DNA from: Schmidtea nova
Lineage: Eukaryota
DNA: 64,000 nt
NCBI GenBank assembly: GCA_044892505.1
Contig: CM097882.1
Span: forward strand, 440,138,001 to 440,202,000
Reading direction: 5' to 3'
Below, piece by piece: positions 1-10,100 of the stretch (positions within the stretch are counted from its first letter, which is position 1; each line of letters begins with the position of its first letter). A model generated the notes under the pieces. The model had not been told where the DNA came from and searched no databases. It saw only the letters and a list, made by a program, of their open reading frames with translations. The position numbers and the translations under genes are program-made.

Positions 1-370
1 CATTAAATTTTCAGTTCAAAATTATCAGAATCCCTTTTTGCCTGAGAAAAATATGGGAGTTGAAAATCTTATTCAAAATAATAGGACTAAAAATCCTATA
101 CAAAAAATACCAGACCAAAAATTCATGTATAAAAATTCCATGTACAAAAAACCCAGAGTCCCTTTTTGCCCGAGAAAATCTCGGAGTTGAAAATCCTATA
201 CAAAATAACCAGAGTAAAATTCCTTTACAAAAATAACCAGATCAAAATAATGTATTCAAAAATCCAGATCAAAAATTTCATGTACAAAAAACCCAGAGTC
301 CTTTTTTGACCTAGAAAATCACGGAGTAGAAAATCATATACAAAAAAACCAGAGTAAAAATCCTTTACAA
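1..370. repeat. Degenerate tandem repeat of ~128-140 bp units
   Basis: The motif tccctttttg..c.gagaaaat..cggag.tgaaaatc recurs at about 31, 159 and 299. Confidence 0.75.
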
Positions 371-860
371 AAATTAATAAAAATAAATAAAAATAAATAA
401 ATTAAAATTAATAATTAATATAAATTAATAAAAATTAATAAAAATAAATTAATAAAAATAAATTATTAAAAATAAATTATTAAAAATAAATTAAAGTAAA
501 TTAAAAATAAATTAAAATTAATAATTATTAAAAATAAATTATTAAAAATAAATTAAAATAAATTAAAATAAATTAATAATTAATATAAATTAATAAAAAT
601 TAATAAAAATAAATTATTAAAAAAAAATTATTAAAAAAAAATTATGAAAAATAAATTTAAATTAAATTAAAATTAATAAAAATAAATAAAAATAAAATAA
701 AGACTTCATTTAAACAAAATAATAAATTAAATTGACTTCATTTAAACAAAAAATTTAAATTTAAAAAAATTCACTTCATTTAAACAAAATAAAAAATTCA
801 CTTCATTTAAACAAAATAAAAAATTTAAAAAATTCACTTCATTTAAACAAAAAAAATTAT
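371..860. repeat. AT-only low-complexity tract followed by short repeats of (g/c)acttcatttaaacaaaa
   Basis: Directly visible: aataaattattaaaa-type repeats, then about 5 copies of acttcatttaaacaaaa between 700 and 850. Confidence 0.85.
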
Positions 861-1756
861 TTTTGGGGGGGGGTAAAAAAATTTTTTTAGGGGGGAGGGG
901 GGGTCTGTTTCTGTTCTTGGGCGCTCCCCCTACTCTACTATTTAAATAATTAAAAGTGCAAAAATTAATAAAAAATAATTTTCATCGGGGGAATTTAGTA
1001 TGGTTGAACGCTAAATCAAAAGATTAATCCAATAATAGTAATTTAGTAAAGATTTCCCAGAGAAATTTTATTGAAAAAAAAATAAATTAAAATTAATTAA
1101 CCCGAGAGATGAAGAAATCTTAGAGTGCATTAGAGACCCGAGAGATGAAAGGAAAGTAATTTTCCAAAACAATTAAAGATAAAACCCATCCTGGTGGACA
1201 ATTTAATTTATTATTGTCACAATTAAGCCCAGACTAGCAGCGATAATGACCCAATTTTAGATAATAATTATTTTCCCAATAATATTATAAAAATGAGCGG
1301 AAATAAAACGCGCCGTCAGTTCGTCGAAAAGAATAAAATTAAAATATTGAAAGACGTACTATCAAGGAGCTAAAAGAAGTAAGAACGATTTTAATAAACC
1401 TTATTCAAATAAAATGTATCAGAAAAGGTGAAAGCCCCTTGGATTATCTTATCCGCCTTAACGTTGAACCAAATCGGACAACAAGAAAAATTGCAAATTA
1501 TTGGAAAATTGTAAATTGTATCAATTAAACAAATTTTGTATCAAAGACGAAGGGTATTTTGTGGTGACAATCAAATAAAAATATTCTGTGTTGTGTTTTA
1601 TTTATTTTCGGTTAATTAAAGGATATGAAGAGTCAGAGGTAGCACCGATTTATTGTTCAAATAAAATAATTCAATATATAGTCCTAAGTTCTTTAAGAAA
1701 TAAAAATAGTAGAGATTTTATTTTTTAAACAAGTTAAAACCAACATAGGTAGACAT

Positions 1757-2060
1757 TACTTTTCCATTTCTTACCTTGTCACTACACATTTCCGCCAGTG
1801 TTGTAGAAGTTCTAAAAATGCATTTTTAAGACATTCAGGGTGCATTGCTCGCAGAACTCCTTGACACTTTGCTGTAAATCCTTAGCGTCTGTGAATGAAC
1901 ACTCTCCCGAATGCTTCTTTAGATCTCGGAAGACTTAGTAGTCGCAGGGTGAGAGAACAGAACTATAAGAAGAATGTTCAAGAAGCATCAAGCCAGACTG
2001 GTGACTTCTAGCTGTATTAATAAGCGTATAATCATGCAAAAACCGCTGCCGCGTCCCTGC
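1757..2060 (-). pseudogene. Mariner transposase C-terminal remnant
   Basis: Reverse-strand translation gives RFLHDY..., EHSSYSSVLSPCDY*VFRDLKKH and KNAFLELLQHWRKCV. These are decayed versions of the HDNAP, HPPYSPDLAPSD and RWRKCV motifs seen intact at 53706-54482. Confidence 0.8.
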
Positions 2061-2352
2061 TTATCTTCTCATTTATAAATTTTACAATCCTATTTAATTA
2101 ATTATGCAATTAAATTATATCTGCACTCCCTTCGATACCCCTAACAAGTATAATCTTCGTTAAATTGTATATTGCAAAAATTTTAAATATTTTCAGTTTT
2201 TTATAAATAAATTTTTAGGACATCAAAGGCATGTTTATCAGTGTCGATTCTTTTTACAATCCAGGTGTACTTTGGTAATTCATTGTCCCTGGAAAAGGTG
2301 TATACTGTTGGTTTGATATTTCTAATTTATATTCGGTATTTTTTGTTTATGT

Positions 2353-2589
2353 TCAAATAATATATAGTTTTTTCAACAAATTTTCAAAACAAAGTTCTAA
2401 AATATTTATATTTTTAAATAAAAAATGACATTTTAGTGGTTTTAGATTGACTATTCTTCTACTTTCTATACATGACCCATTTATTCCTGCTGAGAATTTT
2501 TTCTGTGGTTTACTATTTGGAAATCCATTAGAAAAATTTAGCGATTTATACAGAATCATGCTGACAACTTCAGATGAAAAAAGTAGCAC
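2353..2589 (-). CDS. Possible C-terminal-domain exon of the ANKRD13-like gene
   Basis: LFSSEVVSMILYKSLNF and INGSCIESRR resemble ANKRD13 segments LMSSDIYSATLSTKSISF and VNGLVLESRKR (recalled from memory). It lies downstream of the ankyrin exon on the same strand; an N-gap intervenes. Confidence 0.35.
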   Translation of the reverse strand: MLLFSSEVVSMILYKSLNFSNGFPNSKPQKKFSAGINGSCIESRRIVNLKPLKCHFLFKNINILELCFENLLKKLYII

Positions 2590-2646
2590 TGAAAATCCTA
2601 AATCTCTTCATATTAATATGAAAGTTCAGAAGGAAGAATAAAAAAC

Positions 2647-2775
2647 NNNNNNNNNNNNNNNNNNNNNNNNNNNNNNNNNNNNNNNNNNNNNNNNNNNNNN
2701 NNNNNNNNNNNNNNNNNNNNNNNNNNNNNNNNNNNNNNNNNNNNNNNNNNNNNNNNNNNNNNNNNNNNNNNNNNN
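2647..2775. other. Assembly gap (N run)
   Basis: Run of N bases. Confidence 1.
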
Positions 2776-3444
2776 TATTTAAAGAAACCAAAAATAAAAG
2801 TGTACTGATAAAATTATAAATATTAAGAAAATGAATAGTAAAATTTATTGAATACGAATCATGGCTGGCACGAACAAAAGCGGCACCCTGTTCAAATTTT
2901 CATAAAATTAACATGCCAAAGAAATATTTTTAAAATTGTGACACTTATTTATTTAGGATTGTTTACACAGAAATATTTATATTATTTTATCAATTCTACA
3001 AACATGGATTTATCTTTTTCTCACTTTTTTCTCACAAATTCAGTTTTAGTTTTACTATACACATATAATTATATGATAGCACAGTGTTTGTCTGTTTGTA
3101 TGTAACTCTAAATCAAAGTAAAATTCATAAATTTCAAAATCCTAATAAATGTGTTATATAGAAAATCAGAGTAATCAGCAGTTTTTGTAATATGTATAAT
3201 ATTGGGCAAAATCTAAACCCAACAGGTTTTTGTTTTTTTGTACAGCATGTAGAGAGCGCGGAAGAAGTGAATTATAAATTGAAATGAAAAATACTGTGTA
3301 AACAAATTAAAAGCAAAACACAACAAATTAAATAAAAAACGTATAAAAAGAAAATTAACAAAAGCGCACCAAGTAAACCCAAAAGATTTGATTGCAAGAC
3401 AAAATTGGAAAGATAAAATTAAATTAACAAAGTTTTTAATTCAC

Positions 3445-3760
3445 CATAACTAATAGCTTCAAAAATTGCAGACCAACCTTCGTTGTTTTTGATTAATGCA
3501 TCGGCATTGAGAAACATGAGAACTTGCACGAATTCTTTATGTCCACGTTTAACAACAATAATAAGTGTAGTATTACCCAATAAATCAACTTCATTAATGT
3601 CACAATTTTGTAGATTTGTTAAATAATAATTTAGGAATTCAAACCAACTGTTTTCAAAAGCTAATAAATGGACAGGATATGCCGAATCTGAATCTAATTT
3701 ATCTAAATATGTTCTTGTTTTATTATCAGTCTCTTTATTAGATATTGAATGATTTTTAAT
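3445..3760 (-). CDS. Ankyrin-repeat exon, ANKRD13-like N-terminus (absent from the ORF track because it has no ATG)
   Basis: Open frame ...SAYPVHLLAFENSWFEFLNYYLTNLQNCDINEVDLLGNTTLIIVVKRGHKEFVQVLMFLNADALIKNNEGWSAIFEAISYG, bounded by a cag acceptor (3763-3761) and a gtgaat donor (3444). KN.EGWS...EAISYG is characteristic of ANKRD13. Confidence 0.7.
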
Positions 3761-3914
3761 CTGCTTTTTTTATATAAATTTAAAGCAATTCTCAATTCAT
3801 CGGAATAAATTTTTAAAATGAATTCATTGTGCATGTCTTCTTAATGAAACGAAAAGTTATTATAATTAAATTTAAAATTTCTTCGGAAAAATTAATAATT
3901 TCGTTTCCAACGTA

Positions 3915-4320
3915 GGCACTTAGTGTTTTGTTTATTTTTGATTTAGTTAAGCACTAAGTGCCTTTTTTGTTTGCTCTTTTTTTTCTTTCTTGAGCACTAA
4001 GTGCTCGTTTTGTTTATTTTTCTTTTTAGGAAGAATAATAATAGAAATAAAATAATAATAATAATAAAAATAATAATAAAAATTAAAATTAAAATTAAAT
4101 AATATTATTAACAATAATAATAATAATAATAACATAAAATAATAGTATCAATAATAACAATAATAAAACACTAATATTAATAACAATAAAACAAAACAAT
4201 AATATTAACAATAATAGTAATACTAATAATAGATACAAAAATATAATAATCATAATCATAATAACAACAATAACAATAATAATAATAATACTTGTAATTA
4301 TATTAATAAAAAAATTTAAT
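3915..4320. repeat. Short gcac/ttagtg repeats followed by an AAT/AAC-rich low-complexity tract
   Basis: Directly visible. Confidence 0.8.
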
Positions 4321-4885
4321 TTATCCTATTTGCAAATATTTTATTAAAATTAATGTAATTAATAAAATTAGATTAAATTTATGTTTATCTATTTAATGAT
4401 GAATGCTTTTGTAATATTATTTGTTATTTCCCTTGTCTATCTATTTAAAAAATACATCAACAAATAAAATCAATTAATCATATAACAATATCATCAATTA
4501 TCAAAACCAATAAAGTAAAAGAAAATGTTATCACAATCAAAAGTAGTTCATCAAGTCAAATTATTATCATTGCTGGCCTGGGTTCTGATTGTTGTTATCC
4601 ACATACACATTTAGTCTGTACTTATTTGCCCCTATTGTATATTTTCATCTATCTCAAAACTTTCGACTATCTTCCCTGTATCTAATGTTGGATGATGAAG
4701 GTAAGCCCATCAATACATTCCTCCTATCAGAAAATTATAGTGTGGGGGGCAACAAATACAGAGTGAACATTTATGCAGAGCCTGTCGATAAGACCAATAT
4801 TCAAAAAGAAACAGAACCCAATATCAATCAGTACCCAGTGCACAATCAATCCAAGCACCAACCAAGATATCAACATCCATTTGAT

Positions 4886-4982
4886 ATTTGATCGACATTT
4901 GATATTTAATATTTGATCGACATTTGATATTTAATATTTGATCGACATTTGATATTTAATATTTGATCAACATTTGATATTA
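4886..4982. repeat. 25-bp tandem repeat, ~4 copies, in U3 of the LTR (also at ~17674-17770)
   Basis: gatc(g/a)acatttgatatt recurs at 25-bp spacing (4890, 4915, 4940, 4965). Confidence 0.9.
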
Positions 4983-5330
4983 TTATTGGGAATGTTATTT
5001 CTTGTATATATTTTAATTCTAGTGTAAATATTTGACATTGGATATTATTATTGAGAATGCGTTATATTATGTATATAATTTAGAAAATTATTATTAATAT
5101 GTATGTACTTTTTATTCTTTTAAATGTATATAATTTAAAAAAATCATTATTAATGTTTATGCACTTTTTAATGAAATATTTTATTTTAATGGATGTTGAA
5201 ATTATTTTATTTCAACCGATATAATTGTTGGAAAAATAGATAAATTATTTTAATTATTTTGTAAGCCAACATTCTGAAAATTGTTTTAATCGTTTGAAAT
5301 TATTTTAATAACTAGTACGAAAAACTTTAG

Positions 5331-5338
5331 TATATAAA
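5331..5338 (+). promoter_or_regulatory. Probable LTR TATA box
   Basis: TATATAAA about 60% of the way into the LTR, with AATAAA elements downstream (e.g. ~5386). Position fits the U3/R boundary, but this is AT-rich DNA. Confidence 0.45.
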
Positions 5339-5760
5339 GAAGGGAAAATTTTTAAAATTTGCCCACAATTTTTGAAATTCATTTTGAATAAAATTTAGCG
5401 AAACAAACTTTCTCAAAGGGTAATCCTGAGAGAACTTAAAATTTAAGAACAGCACAAAAACGTTCTACACAAAATTATTATCGTTAAAATAAACATAACA
5501 CATTCACTAAATAACAAGCACACAATAGGACACGCAAAAATATCCTTTAAATAAAACAGTGTGAAAATTTGAAATCGTAATTAATAGTTTTTGATTTGAA
5601 AGTGTAATTTGGTAACTTTTAGAGTAATTGAGAACTTTTGATTTTTAAACTTGGTAAATTTTATTATTGAATAAATTTTTCAAAAGACTTGATCTTATTT
5701 TTATATACGATAGTCTACACCAGTGCACGTTGAGATCTAAAGATCTTGGACCTCAACATT

Positions 5761-5778
5761 TGGTGCCGCGAACCGGGA
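5761..5778 (+). promoter_or_regulatory. Primer binding site, probably tRNA-Phe
   Basis: TGGTGCCGCGAACCGGGA starts 2 nt after the LTR. Its complement TCCCGGTTCGCGGCACCA fits a tRNA T-stem, acceptor stem and CCA. It matches 15/18 with the vertebrate tRNA-Phe(GAA) 3' end as recalled. Confidence 0.75.
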
Positions 5779-5999
5779 CAATAAAATATCAGAATATCAA
5801 TTGGGGGATAGGAATTGCGATCAGAGGGATATTTTAATATATATCGGGAAAATATATTTATCTAAATATTATTGACCAAAACAGAAATATATAAACATTT
5901 AAGGTTAACAATAACAAAATAGGTAAAAAGATAAAGAAAGTCATTATAGATAAGCCACCTGAAATATTGCACAAGTTAAGAAAAAAGATAATATACAAA

Positions 6000-7124
6000 A
6001 TGAGTAATAATAGTACAGGCAGCAGCAATAGTGGAAGTAACAGTAATACAGACAACATAAGCAGTCATAATTTTATAAAAACATTACCAATAGAATCATA
6101 TAAGGGAGACCCTGAAAAGTTCGACGACTTCTTTGCCGAAATCGCACAGTATGCAGAGGCTTGCGGATGAAAAACAAATGAGTTAAAACAACGAATCCCA
6201 TTATACTTAAAGGGATACGCATTACAGGCATACAATAATTTAGCATGTAAAGGTATTAATTATCAAGAGTTAGTTACAAACCTTAGAAAAGAAATAGTAA
6301 TAGATCGCGACTTACAAAAAATAAATGTTCAAAAATTTAGAAGTAGATACCAAGGAGCCAGAGAATCAGTAGGTGAATATATATACACGATAACAGAATT
6401 AGCAAAAAAGGCATTCGGTGCTGGAGATCACACTAGTAAATTAATTGAGGATCAGTTTTGGAACGGCATCCAAAAATACTTATACAAAGCATTAATTACA
6501 ATTGAGTATGAAGACTTGAATGAGTTAGTTCAAAAGGCAAAACGCATCGAAGCAATACAAAGAGATAGATTTAAACCAGAGGTAGATGCTGTTGAAGTTG
6601 AAAAACAACCCGAGGTAAAACCTGAGTTGAGAAATAAGGATGACAGTATTCCCTGGGAAGAAATGAAACAATTATACTTGAATTTTGTTAATAATAGAAG
6701 AAAATTTAGTCCTAATAGAAGCCAATCACCTGAAAACAGGGGAAGGTTTAATAGTCCAGGAAATAAAAATTTCGATAATAGAAATAGAAATAATTTTAAA
6801 GATAGTTATCAAAGAAATAATAATAGAGACAGTTTTAGAGACAATCGTTTTGATAGAGATAATGATAGAGACAACAGAGATAATTTTAGAGATAGTCGTT
6901 CTGGTTATAACAGAAACAGTTACAGTGGATATAATAAAAATAATAAAGATAGTCGCTTCGAATATAATAGAAGAGATAATAGATATAGAGATAATTCGAG
7001 AAATAGGCAAGATAGCCCAGTGAGGCGAAATACTTATAATAATGATGGTAGAGATAAAGTGAATTTTAATGGACAAATAAAATGTTATAATTGCCAAAAG
7101 TATGGCCACCTAGCAAAGGTATGT
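6000..7124 (+). CDS. gag: Gag: capsid, Arg/Asp/Asn/Ser-rich region, CCHC zinc knuckle
   Basis: Retrotransposon-gag-like motifs Q...ESVGEY and F..GI; knuckle CYNCQKYGHLAKVC at 7083-7124. Confidence 0.92.
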
Positions 7125-10100
7125 AATAAACCACGAGCAGATTCACCAATAAGAGTAAGATTTAAAAATGAGCCTGAGATAAAACAAGTAAATAGTGCTG
7201 AGCTCGAATCAGCAAATAAAGAAATAAATATATTAAGAGAGGAACTAAAAGAATTTAAAACTCAATATGGAAGACTTATTGAGAGAAAACTTGAAATGTC
7301 TATAAATGAATTTAGCACCTTTACAAATGAAGTAGATATTGATAATGATGAGTTAAAGGAAATTAGAGAAGCAGATGAAATATTTCTTACAGAAGAAAAT
7401 AGACAAAAAGAATTAATAGAGGAATTTAAAGAGGTATTGCATAAGCAACCGTTTGATGACAATGAAACATTAAGAGTAATCAATAAAATACAGGTTAATG
7501 GGATTGATTTAGAGAGACTTAGAAATTTAATACCAATGATGGTAAAGAGACAAAATGTAACGAGAGTATTTGAATTAGAAATAGAAATAAAAGAGATACT
7601 GAAATGTTATGGAGAATATATAAGAAAAAATGAAAAATTGCATGAAACACTAAATGTAACGATTGAATCAAATGATAATTATTTTTTTAGTATTAAACAA
7701 AAGATGCATCCTTGCACTAAAGTGAGCAAATTAAAACGAATGGTAAGAGCCAAATGGCCAGGAACCATAGGAGAGAAAGATGTAATAAAATTATATTTTA
7801 ACGGAATAGAATTATTAAGTGACGAGTACTTAATCGATTATGGGATAAACCCAGTAAGTGATAATATTGTGGTAGCCACAGTAGAAAAACAAATGATCAA
7901 TGAAATAATGACGCCAGTACCGTCGGTTGAGTTGAGTATAAATGAAGAAAACGATTTTGATAGATTATTTAGGCTATGGGATAAATCACCTAGCGAAACA
8001 AAGAAATCAGTAATGGATGAAGAAATTATATTTAAACCTATAGATGAAAAGTATAGTAACTTACAAGAAACAATAGAAAGAATAGCTGAGGAAGCAAAAA
8101 CAAAAGATGCAGAAACATCAAAACGAGGTAGAGGAAGACCTCGAAAATCAGAAATAATAGAAAAATCGGAGAATAGGAAGACAGCAGAACGATTAAGAGA
8201 GATTGCAAATCAACATAAACATGAACAACCAGAGTATCAAGACGATAATAATGACGTAAACAAAATAAAAGAAGTAATAAAAGCAATGAATATTAAGCTA
8301 TTTCCAGAAGCAAAGCCAACAGTACTTATTGAAAATATAACTGAAAGGATGATGTTAATTAAAAAGGATACTAAAGAACTAGCTACAGAGGAAGCAAATG
8401 AAAAAACAGTGTTAAAAATCCTGTTTAATACAGGGATAGATAAAGATAAAATAATAACGGCCATGGCATACTTGGCCGCAAGATATAAAAAGCTCATAAA
8501 GGAAAATCCAAAAGAGCAATTAGAAAAAGTAGCAACAATGATGTTTAAAAGATTGAAAGTAGAGGCAATACCATGGATAAAAAAGAAAGGAGGATGGAAA
8601 GTATTATATGATAAAGATACGACGAATAAAGAGAGTGATACAAATGATGTAATAAAGCAATTAATAAAGAAAGCAACAGTAAAACCAAAGACAGAGAGTA
8701 AATCGATAACCTCCATAGTAATAGTCATAATCACTTTGCTATTAGATTTAATCAAGGGGGGCAATGCAATGGTAGCATATGATTGTCAAAATCCCAAATG
8801 GGGACAAAAATACTCACTGTTAGATGTTGAAAATTGCCCTGAAGCAAATCCAACAAAATTAATCATGTCTGAGCCTCAAATATTCCATGTCTATCAAGAA
8901 TCAGACTTTATTCATACAGAGGCTAAAGAGTGCATAGTAAAGTATCAGGAGGAAGCATATATATGTCATGTTGGGGCAAGAACAGTGTTAAAACCTACGT
9001 GGACACCTGAAGCAGTAATATTGTCGCCAATAGAGTGTGAAGATGCATTTAAAACAAAGAAAGTAAAATATAGCGGTCATAAAGGAATAGAATTAGAAGC
9101 AAGGATAGGGGCAAAAATGAGACAAGATGTAAATGTCGTGGGATGGACATCAAAAGGAGGATATTGTGAAGGAGGAGAATATACAATATGGGGCGAAAAA
9201 CTGAGTAATGTTGTAGTAAGGAGACACTACATGGTAGAACTGAGAAAGTTCAAAGCATCATTCGACAGCAGCTCAAAGAAAATGATGATATACAAATTTT
9301 GTACATTAGAAGAATCTTATTGCGATACAGGAGAATCAATGCTAATATACAAAATAGATAAATACGATTGTCAGTTAACAAAATTAAAATCATTAAAATT
9401 TAGGGAAATCAAAGGAAAACAGTTCACAGAAGTAGACTCAAAAAGGGTGAGAGATCAAAAAAGGAAAACAACAATTGTACAAGAAAAAGATACACCAACA
9501 ATATATATGTCAGAATCTGAAAACGAAGCAATGAGGTTTGTTAGTAAAAGGAAAAGTGTAAAATGTGGTAAGGAAATAATACAAACTAATTATGAAGGGA
9601 TATACATAAGCAAAGAGGAAGTCAAAGATGCAAAACAAAAAGTAAATAAATTCGACGTCAAACTTGCATCATACTTCAACAATAAAATCGATTTTTTCTA
9701 TCATAACCAACTAGTACAATTAGATAAAGTATATCAATCAACAATTATGAGCGATTGCAAACTCAACAGAGAAATATTGAGGACAAAAATGGCAGTGGCG
9801 GTAACAAACCCAGATTTAATGGCACCAATAATCTTCTCAGAAGAAGGAACATTTGCAAGGATAGTAGGAGAAGTGATACAGACATTTCAATGTAAACCTG
9901 TTAGTGTATCGTTAGCAACAAATAATCAGTGCACTAATGAATTACCGGTAATATATAAAGGAGAAAGGGTATACCTTCAACCAATTACTAGAATATTAAC
10001 AGAAAAAACATATATACCGAGAAAAATAGAAAAATGCACTAACCTATTAGACCCATTATACAAAATAAATGACGAAATGTGGATATCTATGTCAGATAGA

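Larger units (their letters stand above)
4686..5758 (+). repeat. 5' LTR (1073 bp)
   Basis: Runs TGTTGGATG...CCTCAACA with terminal inverted TGTTG/CAACA; direct repeat of 17474-18555. Confidence 0.98.

Noticed and set aside
940-1700. Possible decayed viral or Polinton cargo gene
   Set aside because: No recognisable motif and many stops.
4589-4891. 100-aa ORF overlapping the 5' LTR
   Set aside because: It is the U3 copy of the ORF2 C-terminus joined by chance to flanking DNA, not an independent gene.
4886-4982. CRISPR-like appearance of the 25-bp repeats
   Set aside because: No unique spacers, eukaryotic context and no cas genes. The 111-bp array at 41160-43140 is rejected as CRISPR for the same reasons.
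5728-5752. Resemblance of tgagatctaaagatcttgg to the tRNA-Phe anticodon arm
   Set aside because: Too short, with no cloverleaf; explained by the local palindrome. No tRNA gene called.
6168-6170. Alternative genetic code (TGA = Trp)
   Set aside because: All other Trp codons checked in the element and host gene are TGG, and TGA terminates ORF2.
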